A DNA stretch of 63,974 nucleotides, filler included, from Octopus bimaculoides (lineage: Eukaryota): the NCBI RefSeq assembly GCF_001194135.2. It is 6 parts of 6 records of this genome, joined end to end, with 100 filler letters (N's around TTAATTAATTAA, not from the genome) between each part and the next. Parts side by side here need not be neighbours in the genome. Positions count along the whole stretch, not along the records: positions 1 to 26,583 come from NC_068984.1; positions 26,684 to 46,426 come from NC_068999.1; 4 more parts are not named here. One strand, written 5' to 3'. Both the position numbers and the translations under genes were made by a program. Shown piece after piece: positions 24,352 to 37,628 of the stretch (within the stretch, counting starts at the first letter, position 1; each line of letters opens with the position of its first letter). The notes beneath the pieces were generated by a model. It saw nothing but the letters and a program-made list of their open reading frames with translations, ran no database searches and was not told the origin of the DNA.

Positions 24352-25093
24352 NNNNNNNNNNNNNNNNNNNNNNNNNNNNNNNNNNNNNNNNNNNNNNNNN
24401 NNNNNNNNNNNNNNNNNNNNNNNNNNNNNNNNNNNNNNNNNNNNNNNNNNNNNNNNNNNNNNNNNNNNNNNNNNNNNNNNNNNNNNNNNNNNNNNNNNNN
24501 NNNNNNNNNNNNNNNNNNNNNNNNNNNNNNNNNNNNNNNNNNNNNNNNNNNNNNNNNNNNNNNNNNNNNNNNNNNNNNNNNNNNNNNNNNNNNNNNNNNN
24601 NNNNNNNNNNNNNNNNNNNNNNNNNNNNNNNNNNNNNNNNNNNNNNNNNNNNNNNNNNNNNNNNNNNNNNNNNNNNNNNNNNNNNNNNNNNNNNNNNNNN
24701 NNNNNNNNNNNNNNNNNNNNNNNNNNNNNNNNNNNNNNNNNNNNNNNNNNNNNNNNNNNNNNNNNNNNNNNNNNNNNNNNNNNNNNNNNNNNNNNNNNNN
24801 NNNNNNNNNNNNNNNNNNNNNNNNNNNNNNNNNNNNNNNNNNNNNNNNNNNNNNNNNNNNNNNNNNNNNNNNNNNNNNNNNNNNNNNNNNNNNNNNNNNN
24901 NNNNNNNNNNNNNNNNNNNNNNNNNNNNNNNNNNNNNNNNNNNNNNNNNNNNNNNNNNNNNNNNNNNNNNNNNNNNNNNNNNNNNNNNNNNNNNNNNNNN
25001 NNNNNNNNNNNNNNNNNNNNNNNNNNNNNNNNNNNNNNNNNNNNNNNNNNNNNNNNNNNNNNNNNNNNNNNNNNNNNNNNNNNNNNNNNNNNN

Positions 25094-25142
<49 letters not shown>

Positions 25143-25224
25143 CAAAAATTCAGGCTGTTATTATTATTATTATTATTATTAGTAGTAGTAGTTTAATTAT
25201 TATTACTCTTTATATTTTGTTTGT

Positions 25225-25605
25225 GGAGGCGCAATGGCCCAATGGTTAGGGTAGCGGACTGGCGGTCGTAGGATCGCAGTTTCGATTCCCAGACCGGGCG
25301 TTTTGAGTGTTTATTGAGATAAAAACACCCAAAGCTCCACGAGGATCCGGCAGAGGGTGGTGGCGAAACCTGCTGTACTCTTTCACCACAACTTTTTCTC
25401 ACTCTTTCTTCCTGTTTCCGTTGTACCTGTATTACAAAGCAGCCAACCTTATCACACTCTGTGTCATGCTGAATCTCCCCGAGAAATACGTTAAAGGTAC
25501 ACATGTCTGAAGAGTATTCAGCCAATTGCTCGTCAATTTCCCGACGAGGGTTCCAGTTGATCGGATCAACTGGAGCCCTCGTCGTCGTAACCGACGGAGT
25601 GCCAC
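25225..25605 (+). mobile_element. SINE family C (full length)
   Basis: GGAGGCGCAATGGCCCAATGGTTAGGG..GTTTCGATTCCC..GTCGTAACCGACGGAGTGCCAC. Confidence 0.9.
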
Positions 25606-26546
25606 GAATATTTTATTTATTCCATCTAAACAAACATGTATTTGAATGTATTGGAAACGATATAGCTATTTCTTTAAAAACACCCAAACATGAAGTGCTG
25701 ACAAGTTTCATAACCAATAGAATACGAGATTCAGTTATCATCCAAATCTGACCTACAAAAAGGTTAAAGCTCATTCATGACGTATATTTGTGAAAATGAT
25801 TTTATTTTTTTATTTTTTGTCTTTATTATTAATATTATTTCGTTTTTTTTTCGTTCTTTTTTTTTTTTTTGCCTTTTTTATGTCCTTTCTTTTAGTGGAA
25901 TTCGAATCAATTTCATTTGGAGTTGATTGATTTAAGAAATATCGATCTGTAACTCTTGTAAGAAATCTATGTAAATCTTTTCTAAGTTGAAGCTTCTGAG
26001 AAATATCTACGCAGAAAGAGAAAGAGAGAAAGCGAAAGAGACAAAAAAAAATATAAAGAGATGTACAGAATGAAAGAGAGAACGAAAGAGAGAGAAAGGA
26101 GGGGAAGGAGAGAAAGAGAAATAGAAATATTTAGAAGCAGATTTAGTGAAGGAGGGAAGAAAGGGGGAAAAAATTGCTGTCGTATATGTAAAAGACGCGG
26201 GTAGAGTAAGACGCAGTAAAAGGTGACGAAAGTGGAGCTGGAGAGTGTAGAGTGAGAAAATGGGAGGGAGATTATAAGTGTGAGAGTAGGGGAGAAGGAG
26301 AAAAGGGGAGAAGGAGAGAAATGTGCGTTAGGGAGACGTGAGCTGTACGAAGAAGAAAGAGATAATTTGAGAGCAAGTGGAATGTAATATGATAAGGCAA
26401 GAAGAAATAATTAATTATATATGCTGGCGTACATATATATGTGTGTGTGTATGTGCTCATGTAGATATGCTTATGCTTGTATAAATGCATATGTGCCGTA
26501 CATATAATTGTCTGTATATACATATACGACTGTCTATAAGAGTATA

Positions 26547-26583
<37 letters not shown>

Positions 26584-26627
26584 NNNNNNNNNNNNNNNNN
26601 NNNNNNNNNNNNNNNNNNNNNNNNNNN

Positions 26628-26639
26628 TTAATTAATTAA
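26628..26639. other. Artificial scaffold spacer TTAATTAATTAA inside a 100-bp gap (also 46471-46482, 59662-59673, 60960-60971, 62589-62600)
   Basis: Always flanked by 44 N on each side; encodes stops in all six frames. Confidence 0.95.
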
Positions 26640-26683
26640 NNNNNNNNNNNNNNNNNNNNNNNNNNNNNNNNNNNNNNNNNNNN

Positions 26684-26716
<33 letters not shown>

Positions 26717-26719
26717 ATG

Positions 26720-26935
26720 TATGTCTTTGTGGGTCTGTGTTTGACCACCACCATCACTTGACAACCGATTTTGGTATATTTACGCCGCCGTTACTTAGCG
26801 ATTCGACAAAAGTAACCAATAGAATAAGTACAAGGTTTACAAAGAATAAATCCCGGGGTCGATTAGTTCAACTAGAGGCGGTGCTGCAGCATGGCCGCAG
26901 TCAGATGAATTAAAAAAGTAAGAGAATAAAAGAAT
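26720..26935 (+). mobile_element. SINE family B 3' half
   Basis: CTTGACAACCGA..TTACTTAGCG..ATAGAATAAGTAC..GGGGTCGAT..GCAGCATGGCCGCAGTC. Confidence 0.8.
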
Positions 26936-29395
26936 TAAAAAATAGAATTTATATATGCATGCGTGTATATGTGAGAGAGACAGAGAGAATGAGAGCGAGA
27001 GAGGGAGAGAAGGGAAGAGGGAGTGAGTGTATATTTGTATGTGTGTGTATGTGTACATGTGCGTGTGTACTGTGTGCATGCTGTGTGTATGTGTCTGTGT
27101 GAAAGGTAAGCCAGTGTATATGAAGGATGACCAAAAGCTATGAATATCTGTTAGCATGGTTACGTATTGCGTCCTTACTTTCCTAAAATAAATGTTTGTT
27201 CTGCACAGGTATGTTTTCGCTTTTTTTTGTTTTCTACAGGATAAAAGTAAGGTACACATCAGATTCTCTTTCCCAACTAGCCTACGTTACCTCACATGCA
27301 CACACACACGCGCGCATACGCACGCAAATACGCGCACGTTCGTACATATATATACATATATATACGTATATATCCTCATACTTATGTGTGTTTATATATA
27401 TATATGTGTATATACCTATCTATCTATATATCTTTCTATCTATCTATCTATCTATCTTTCTATCTATCTATTTATCCATCCATCTATATACATACATACA
27501 TGTATATATATATATACATACACACACAAACATATATATANNNNNNNNNNNNNNNNNNNNNNNNNNNNNNNNNNNNNNNNNNNNNNNNNNNNNNNNNNNN
27601 NNNNNNNNNNNNNNNNNNNNNNNNNNNNNNNNNNNNNNNNNNNNNNNNNNNNNNNNNNNNNNNNNNNNNNNNNNNNNNNNNNNNNNNNNNNNNNNNNNNN
27701 NNNNNNNNNNNNNNNNNNNNNNNNNNNNNNNNNNNNNNNNNNNNNNNNNNNNNNNNNNNNNNNNNNNNNNNNNNNNNNNNNNNNNNNNNNNNNNNNNNNN
27801 NNNNNNNNNNNNNNNNNNNNNNNNNNNNNNNNNNNNNNNNNNNNNNNNNNNNNNNNNNNNNNNNNNNNNNNNNNNNNNNNNNNNNNNNNNNNNNNNNNNN
27901 NNNNNNNNNNNNNNNNNNNNNNNNNNNNNNNNNNNNNNNNNNNNNNNNNNNNNNNNNNNNNNNNNNNNNNNNNNNNNNNNNNNNNNNNNNNNNNNNNNNN
28001 NNNNNNNNNNNNNNNNNNNNNNNNNNNNNNNNNNNNNNNNNNNNNNNNNNNNNNNNNNNNNNNNNNNNNNNNNNNNNNNNNNNNNNNNNNNNNNNNNNNN
28101 NNNNNNNNNNNNNNNNNNNNNNNNNNNNNNNNNNNNNNNNNNNTATATATATATATATATGCATGTTTGTATGTATATCTACGTTTTTGGGGTTTTTTTT
28201 ATATCCCATATCCCTTTTGCATTTTTTTTTGCATTTTTCTCAGTATTGATATTTTCGCGGTTATTTTTTTCGTCGTTTTGCTTCTATATCTTCTCCTAAC
28301 GGCTATGTCCTCTTCATTATTATTAGTATTAGTGGTCGTATTAATTAACGCTACTACTATTAATAATATTACTACCATCATCTTTTCTGTCATATCGTTT
28401 ATTCGTATCACTTTGCTGTGTATATTTATTCAAGAAGTGAGAAAATCTTTGTGATAAAATGCTTTTGAGAATTTGCTCTTTAATTCGCCTTTTGTGTTGC
28501 TGTTTTTTTTTTCTTCCTCTCTCTCCAACCGTACAAGTTATAAAGGGATAGAAAGTAACAATTCCTGTAAAGCCATTGTTCTCAAGAGATATTTAAATAA
28601 ACATATGTCGACATCGTAAATGTTACTTTCAATAAGAAACCACCAAAGGAGAAAAAAAAGAAAGAATTTGAAATTCCTGTGGCACATGGAACTGCTAAAA
28701 CATTCATGCTTACATATATACACACAAATATGAATATACATACGTACACACACACACACACACACACACATATTTCTATGCTGGTATATTTATGTATATC
28801 GTAGGATATTAAAAGTCTATTCAGCACTTCGCATACTCTCGCTAGATACTCTGTTTACCATTTCGCATAGAAGTATACGTGTAAGAATATTTGTGTGCAT
28901 ATATNNNNNNNNNNNNNNNNNNNNNNNNNNNNNNNNNNNNNNNNNNNNNNNNNNNNNNNNNNNNNNNNNNNNNNNNNNNNNNNNNNNNNNNNNNNNNNNN
29001 NNNNNNNNNNNNNNNNNNNNNNNNNNNNNNNNNNNNNNNNNNNNNNNNNNNNNNNNNNNNNNNNNNNNNNNNNNNNNNNNNNNNNNNNNNNNNNNNNNNN
29101 NNNNNNNNNNNNNNNNNNNNNNNNNNNNNNNNNNNNNNNNNNNNNNNNNNNNNNNNNNNNNNNNNNNNNNNNNNNNNNNNNNNNNNNNNNNNNNNNNNNN
29201 NNNNNNNNNNNNNNNNNNNNNNNNNNNNNNNNNNNNNNNNNNNNNNNNNNNNNNNNNNNNNNNNNNNNNNACCTACCCCACACATATACACATATACATG
29301 TTTGTATTATCCTGCGTGTATATAGATATATATGTATGTATTTACACACAAACGCATATATATACTTATGTGTGTATACGTGTATAAATTCCTAC

Positions 29396-29426
<31 letters not shown>

Positions 29427-30384
29427 CATACATACATGCATACATACATACATACATACATTCATGCATATATGCTAATACAACAATATGTAGGAAGATA
29501 CACGAACACCAGCACAATTTTGGCTTTCATCAGCCAGTAGTTAAGGAGCTGGACATAGAAGGAGGTGCAGAACCAACTATTTGAAGACCCGAATCGCAAC
29601 AAATCAAAAATCTTCAGCTAACTGCCTGGCAATCCAATCTGTTATAGAGACAAGACGCTGCTTACTAAGCAAGAAAATCGTCCAGGCGGCGTGAGATGTC
29701 TAATCAGAGAAGTACGCAGCCAGTTAGAGAGAGAGAGAGAGAGAGGGGGAGGGGGGAAGAGGGAGAAAGAGAGAAGGGAATGGGAGGGTGAGAGCGAGTC
29801 AAACATATAATCGTCTTTGCAATTATCGTTTAGTCTTCGAGGTCTACTTTATATTTCTACCTCTCCCCGCTATCATTCCTCTCTCGTCTCTATCCTTCTA
29901 GCTAACGATCTAACCAGCCATCAGCCAACCGACTAACCGACCAACCAACAACCCAGCAAACTACCAAACCAACCATCAATTCTCTTCGAAGGAATCATCT
30001 AAAGCAACTCGCTAGACAGGCAGCAAGTGAGCCAGTGAAGAATTTACCGTCACAATCACAAACCGTCCGTTCCAGCATCCTTCCAAACCATCAACTCCAT
30101 GATCGTGCAACATTAGCGGCCAGTTACTTCCTATAAAACCTCTTCCTAACAACTTGGCCACAAACCACAAGCCAGAAAAAACAAAATATAATAATAATAA
30201 AATAAAGAATAACATAAAGGAATGATCAACGATCGTAATTATAGTGTTGACATGAAACTCTGCCTTCCCTGCAATTCCACGTGATTATGTCATATCAACA
30301 TTGCCTAGTTAGAAGCGACAGTCAATTAGAGCTTAGAAGAAATGGCAGAGAGGAAATTGATGTTTTCGAAAATGAGTCTCTGGC

Positions 30385-31300
30385 AAACTGATGATGGGGA
30401 GGGTAGTGGTAGTGGTGGGGTGGTGGTGGTGATGCTGGTCAGGATGACGGTGAAAATGGTAATGATGATCCTGGTGGTTTTCGTACTAATGGCGTTGCTG
30501 GTGATGGAAGAAGGAGAGCGCTGGTGGTAGTGGTGGTTGTGGAGGTTGTAATTTTACTGCTCTTGNNNNNNNNNNNNNNNNNNNNNNNNNNNNNNNNNNN
30601 NNNNNNNNNNNNNNNNNNNNNNNNNNNNNNNNNNNNNNNNNNNNNNNNNNNNNNNNNNNNNNNNNNNNNNNNNNNNNNNNNNNNNNNNNNNNNNNNNNNN
30701 NNNNNNNNNNNNNNNNNNNNNNNNNNNNNNNNNNNNNNNNNNNNNNNNNNNNNNNNNNNNNNNNNNNNNNNNNNNTCTCTGGCAAACTGATGATGGGGAG
30801 GGTAGTGGTAGTGGTGGGGTGGTGGTGGTGATAATAGTGATGGAGGCGATGATGTTTAAGGTAATAGTGGTTGGTTGTCATGGCTGAGAGGATAGTGGTG
30901 TTGGTCATGTGGTGGTCAAGGTGGTCAAGCGATGGTGAAAGCAGCATTTGGGACAGTGTCGGGGAAGGCACTGTGGTGGTGTCGGTGATGGATGTGATGA
31001 TGATGGAAATGGTGAGGATGATGATCACAGTTGTAGTAGCAAACTATATTGATGGTAGTAGTGGCATTAATGGTAGTACAATTGTTCGTGATGGTGGTGG
31101 TGGTGGTGGCAGTAATGGTGCTGATTATGGTGGGATAAATGTGGTTGTGGTAGTAACAGCTGTTTTGAAAGTGCTACTAGTGGTTATGGTGGGGGTAGGA
31201 AATTTGTAGTGGTGGAGTTGTTGACAAGGGTCGTAGTATTAGCAATAGAAGCAGTGGTATTGATGGTGGTGGTGGTGGTAGAAGTGGAGGAAGTTGAAAG
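30385..31300. repeat. Degenerate (GTG/GAT/GTA)n tract
   Basis: Directly visible; poly-V/M pseudo-ORFs. Confidence 0.85.
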
Positions 31301-31594
31301 GATAACGACGGAGGTATTTATGAAAAGAGTGAGTAATTGAGAGAGAATTGATGGCTCCGTAACACGGAAATGATGAGGTAGAGAGATCGAAAGATAGGGA
31401 GGGTGATAGGAAAGAGGTTATGTATATATATATATATATATATATATCTATATATATNNNNNNNNNNNNNNNNNNNNNNNNNNNNNNNNNNNNNNNNNNN
31501 NNNNNNNNNNNNNNNNNNNNNNNNNNNNNNNNNNNNNNNNNNNNNNNNNNNNNNNNNNNNNNNNNNNNNNNNNNNNNNNNNNNNNNNNNNNNNN

Positions 31595-31634
<40 letters not shown>

Positions 31635-31636
<2 letters not shown>

Positions 31637-32500
31637 CCCTTACAGTGTCATAAAACACACCAAAGTGAAAATATTGGCTGATGACTCTAAGCTCCAGAAA
31701 ATTATCAATGAAGAAGACTGAACGCAACTCCAGTCTGATCTACATGCTATGAGTCAATGGGCAGGCATAAACGAAATGCAAATAAATGAGGGAAAATTTA
31801 AGCTGATGCATTTTGGAAAAAAGACGATGCTAAAACAGCCATACTCTCTTCCTTCAGGGCAACCTCTCACAGTATCTAATAATATCAGTGACTTAGGAGC
31901 AATTGTCGATAACAATCTCAACAATAAAGTCGATATAGCCCGTAGGATGAGTTCCTGTATCCTAAGAACCTTCCGGTCCAGAGAACAAGTTATCCTTTTA
32001 AAACTTTTCTCCTCCTATGTACGACCACACATCGAATTCTGCTGCCCCTTGTGGTCTCATCATGCAAAACAAAACAACTCGAAAAGTGAATCAAACCAGA
32101 GGTCATTCACTAAAAGAATTAAGGGCATGACTGATCTCGATTACTGGGATTGCCTTAAAGCATTGAAACTCTATTCTCTCCAGCGCCAACGTGAGCGATA
32201 CATCATTCGCACGATGTAGAGACCTCAACATTAGCTTCAAAATCCATCCAAGGTCAGGACCAGGAGCCATACGTTCCCTACCCGATTGAGGCTCACAACA
32301 CATAACTAAACTGCAACACAATTTCTTTTCCTCAACAGGCCCTGGCCTATTTAACATTGTCCCGAAAAAGATCAAAGAGGAAAAGGATCTCATTATCTTT
32401 AAACGGAATCTGGACAAAATCCCAGGGTAGTCAGACAAGCAGACATGCATATTTGCGTTCATAAATTAATACATGTGTTGAAGGATAGATTGGCATACAC
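31635..32500 (+). mobile_element. 5'-truncated CR1-like LINE, RT C-terminal region (pseudogenised)
   Basis: KILADDSKL..LQSDLHAMSQWA..NEGKFKLMHFG..ISDLGAIVDNNL..VRPHIEFCCPLWS..QRSFTKRIKGMTDLDYWDCLKALKLYSLQRQRER..FKRNLDK; in-frame stops. Confidence 0.9.
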
Positions 32501-32722
32501 ACAAGCTACTTTCGCGGGAAATATTTTATTTAAACATGGTTAATAAATAAACCAGATATCGTAGGATTAGCAGCTATTCGAAGCCTAGGAGGTCGTCGTG
32601 CCTTCACGAAAATTTCGAGAAATGTCAACCTGTTCAAAACACATTTATTACAGGCATGCATACATACATACATGCACACACACACACACACACATACACA
32701 CACACACACACANNNNNNNNNN

Positions 32723-32767
<45 letters not shown>

Positions 32768-32768
32768 G

Positions 32769-32800
<32 letters not shown>

Positions 32801-33326
32801 CAAATGTATATTCTTTACATCTGTGTGTCTATATAAAAAAAATGCCTACGGTGCTTAGAAACCCATACGATTATACTGCCGGTTTCCCGGAGTCTGTAAC
32901 GTATATAATTTCCTCCCTAGTGGAAGGCAGGTCAGTCCATTGGAGGAATGTACGCATAGAGAGATGCGGACATATACATAGTATACAAGAGTACGTTTTC
33001 ATTGAAACAAGCAGTTACGTATGTATCTACTTATCTATATAACTATATTCTAATACTGCTGTGTGTGTTTATGTGTCCGTGTCTGCATGTGTCTGTAGGT
33101 TTTGTGAACGCATATTCTTAAGGATCTATATAATTATATACGTACACGCTCACATTATTATATGCTTGTTCCTCTGTCAACTGCATACAATCATATATAT
33201 ATATATATATATATATATACAAACCTAGAAATATAGTATGTAATATTAAAATATATGTATGGATTAAAACCTATATGCGCACGTATATTTGTTCATATAT
33301 GTATATGTATACACACGTATATCGAG

Positions 33327-33391
<65 letters not shown>

Positions 33392-33865
33392 CCTACATAT
33401 ATAGAAATGGGCCCAAATCTGAAAAGTACGAGTGAGCTGTAATCACAGTTCAGTGATTAACTCACGCGTGTTCTTCCAACGTAACTGATTCGCTGGATTT
33501 CTATCTATTTATTTCCATATTTGTTTATATATTTTTCCACGTTTATTTGTTTTTACATTTACATTTTCCTTGTTTTATTTCANNNNNNNNNNNNNNNNNN
33601 NNNNNNNNNNNNNNNNNNNNNNNNNNNNNNNNNNNNNNNNNNNNNNNNNNNNNNNNNNNNNNNNNNNNNNNNNNNNNNNNNNNNNNNNNNNNNNNNNNNN
33701 NNNNNNNNNNNNNNNNNNNNNNNNNNNNNNNNNNNNNNNNNNNNNNNNNNNNNNNNNNNNNNNNNNNNNNNNNNNNNNNNNNNNNNNNNNNNNNNNNNNN
33801 NNNNNNNNNNNNNNNNNNNNNNNNNNNNNNNNNNNNNNNNNNNNNNNNNNNNNNNNNNNNNNNNN

Positions 33866-33928
<63 letters not shown>

Positions 33929-34195
33929 TACGGGGGTGAGGAAAAGGAAAGAGAAGCGGCTGAGTGAAGGTTCTAGGCTGGGAGAGGTTCGTGTGGAAAT
34001 TAATGTTTGGAACAACAGCGAAAATCAGCAGTGACAGCAACACTAATAAGCATAAAAACAAATCAACAACAACATCGACAACAACATCAGCGACAATAAC
34101 AACAACATCAACAACAACAATAACGGTGAAGATAAATCAGCTTTACGGCATACATATACGCATATGCAATGTATGTATGAATATGTATGTTAGGA

Positions 34196-34258
<63 letters not shown>

Positions 34259-34329
34259 GTTTTCTACCCCTCTTTCACTCTTTCTGTCTTTCTTTCTTTC
34301 TTTTATCCCCCTTTCACTCTTTCTTTCTT

Positions 34330-34411
<82 letters not shown>

Positions 34412-34457
34412 ATATAGATCTATCTATTTACATGTCTATCAATCTATAGCTATATGC

Positions 34458-34532
<75 letters not shown>

Positions 34533-34671
34533 TGTGCATATGTATGTGTTATTTTCACACACATATGCATACACACACATACACACACATGCACACACAC
34601 ACACACACACGCATATATATTTATATTTATCAATATGTACGTATAAGCATGTTTATATAGATATGTATAAC

Positions 34672-34732
<61 letters not shown>

Positions 34733-35204
34733 CATACATACATATATATACACACATATACATATGATTATGAACGTGGAAACATAAATACATAAATGCA
34801 TACATACATGCAAACATGCATACATACTTACACATATGCATACGTACATACATACATACATACATACATACATACATAACAGTTAGGGGGAAAATACCAA
34901 ACAGATGTAAAATTAACATCGATAATAAAAACTAACAAATATTATATATAGAAAAAAAGAACCCCAGCAAACTATGGATGAACATACAAATTGTTTTTCC
35001 TAATAGCGGAATCACTTAGTGCCAATTAGATTTGTAATACGATCTCTATTGCTCTGTTGGGCACTGTTTTTGTTTATATTTTTGTTTATCCGCTTTTGTT
35101 TCCGTACTTTTCGCTTCTATGTCCATTTATTTTGATTGGTTATTTATTATTTATCTATATATTTATTTCTCTTTTCGTTACTTTCTTTTCTCTGCGTTAT
35201 TTTT

Positions 35205-35208
35205 GTCC

Positions 35209-35240
<32 letters not shown>

Positions 35241-35430
35241 CATTATTATTATTATCATTATTATTATTATTATTATTATTATCATTATTATTATTATCAT
35301 TTTGTTTCCGTTTTTGTTCCGTTTATGTAAAAGAAACGTACAGTCCATCTTTTCCTTGTTCGTCAAAATTGCGATTATGATGAGGATTACTGTGATTAGG
35401 AGTATTATCAGCATCCTGACGCTAACCGTT

Positions 35431-35462
<32 letters not shown>

Positions 35463-35558
35463 CATCATCATCATGGTCATGGTGATCATCATATATAATC
35501 ATCATTTGTCATTATAATCATCGTGGTCGTCGTCATCATGATCCTCGTCGTCGTCATC

Positions 35559-35590
<32 letters not shown>

Positions 35591-35760
35591 CATCATCATC
35601 CTCATCATCATCATCATCAGCAGCAGCAGCAGCAGCGTTAATATCGATATCGTCTTCATGATGATGATCGTTGTCGTCGCCATCGTCGTCAACGTAAACC
35701 AGCAGCACCAGCACCAACAGCAGCACCAGCAGCACCAGCAGCACCACCACCACCACCAGT
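35205..35760. repeat. (TTA)n, (GAT)n, (CAT)n, (CAG)n compound trinucleotide repeats
   Basis: Directly visible. Confidence 0.95.
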
Positions 35761-35764
35761 ATAG

Positions 35765-35907
35765 GATCCCAGAGCGTAATTGGTACTTGTATTATCGACA
35801 TCCAATTTCAACCTAAGCGGAATTCGAACTCAGAATGTAAAGACGGAAGAAATGCTGTTAAGTATTATGTCCGGCATGCCAATGATCTGCCAGATCACCG
35901 ACTTAAC
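35765..35907 (-). mobile_element. SINE family A, degenerate/partial
   Basis: GCGGAATTCGAACTCAGAATGTAAAGACGGAAGAAATGC..TCTGCCAGATCACCG. Confidence 0.7.
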
Positions 35908-36021
35908 TGCTGTTAAAATATTTCTGCTATTAAATGAAAACTATTATGAAGGAATAGTATGGAATGCATAGTTGCTATAATTCATCAGTTTATACCAAGC
36001 TTCGATAATATTGTTATGTTG

Positions 36022-36401
36022 TTGGCACTCCGTCGCTTACGACGTCGAAGGTTCCATTTGATCCGATCAACGGAACAGCCTGCTCGTGAAATTAACGTGC
36101 AAGTGGCTGAGCACTCCACAAACAAGTGTACCCTTAACGTAGTTCTCGGGGATATTCAGCGTCACAAAGTGTGACAAGGCTGACCCTTTGAATTACAGGC
36201 ATAACAGAAACAGGAAGTAAGAGTGAGAGAAAATTGTGGTGAAAGAGTTCAGCTGGGTTTACCACCATCCCCTGCCGGAGCCTCGTGGAGTTTTTAGGTG
36301 TTTTCGTTCAATAAACACTCACAACGCCCGGTCTGGTAATCGAAACTGCGATCGTATGACCGCGAGTCCACTGCCCTAACCACTAGGCCATTGCGCATCC
36401 A
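36022..36401 (-). mobile_element. SINE family C (full length)
   Basis: TGGCACTCCGTCGCTTACGACG..CTGCCCTAACCACTAGGCCATTGCGC; reverse complement of 25225-25605. Confidence 0.9.
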
Positions 36402-37580
36402 CTATAATGTTATACTTTGGTAATAATGCTACTTTGTACTACGAATGATATCTATAGATTTTTATCCAAAATATATCAAGAAAATTACAGAGATGTTTCC
36501 ATCTGTCAATATAGTTGCAAACAATGTTACACGTCTCACTCGACGCAGACGATGCGTTGTTTACAAAGTGCTTACGTTTCTCTTTACTGAAGCAGACGAT
36601 GCGTTCAAAAATGTCTACTCTAGGTTAATGCCAGGGTTGTACATGTTTGCAGACGATAAGTTTACATATGTCTACACGGCACCGTTGATTTCATGAGAAG
36701 CAAGGATATATCTGTAAGAAATGTATGAAGAAAAATATCTTCAAGAAATTTATCATGTGGAGATAACATGTTTATTATGTTATCAACGTAAACCTTAGTT
36801 TCTAATTCATTACGCATCACAAGAACATTCATTTCTATGTTTGTTTGAAATATTTTAATTTCATTAATGCTAGCATAAGAAGTTTACTGGAAATTACGAA
36901 AATCTTGGGCGCCGTTTGCATTATAAAACGTATGTAAATAACAATAATTAGGGCAGCTAAATTAAGAAAACATTAAAATGAAATGGAAAATATTAATAGG
37001 ACACAAGTATCAATAATTCACTTATCCGGCAAGCACAGGGGAGAATACCGGAACTCATTTTTTTACTTTGACTTGGTAGCGGCAAATAGTGTTATTTTCG
37101 TATCAAAATATTGTTGCAAAATAGCATTTCAATGCTGTATTCATGAATTGCCCTCCCAACTTCGTACTATTTAATTATTAAGCTTATAAAGAATTCCCGA
37201 TATCCACATATTAATAAATAATATTTATATACGTTTACTTAACTAGGATGTTACATTTAACCCAGAAATTGAAAATGATGGATCACACTGGAGTTCTGCC
37301 TGTACGTGTTTAAAAGGCAAAATAAACTAAAAAAAAAATCAACGTTTAAACTTTTTTCACTGTATATTTTATATATATTTCAACATTAGTAATTTAATGA
37401 CCCAAGCAATGAATATACAGACGCAAAACAATCTACTAAATGCGATCAACATACTATCTGTATTAGCTTAATACCTTATATACGTATAGTACTTTATGTT
37501 ATGTCAATGTAGTTGGGGATGAGTTTAAGGAGTAAAAAATCCAAGGCTGTGAAAGATTTCAGAATATTTATAAAGAGAAG

Positions 37581-37628
37581 GTCTTACAGGTGTTTCCAGG
37601 ATATTTATTATATACGTTCATCAGAGAC
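37581..37628 (-). ncRNA. Minimal type I hammerhead-like motif with intact core
   Basis: GUCU-CUGAUGA-A-cgtatataataaatatcctg-GAAA-C-accu-G-UA-AGAC; helix I 4 bp, helix II imperfect. Confidence 0.55.

Noticed and set aside
26628-26639. Recurrent palindrome TTAATTAATTAA (5 copies)
   Set aside because: Each sits at the centre of an exact 100-bp N44-12-N44 gap: an assembly linker, not biology
30377-30832. 57-bp exact duplication either side of a gap (30377-30433 and 30776-30832)
   Set aside because: Most likely contig-overlap or haplotype redundancy at a gap; cannot be distinguished from a real tandem duplication here
32555-32615. Possible decayed hammerhead on the minus strand (CGUGAAG-GC..GCU-UCGAAUAGCUG)
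   Set aside because: Too many core changes and no helix I
36445-36696. 83-aa ORF containing MFADD
   Set aside because: No surrounding RT motifs; the sequence is a degenerate repeat of GCAGACGAT units
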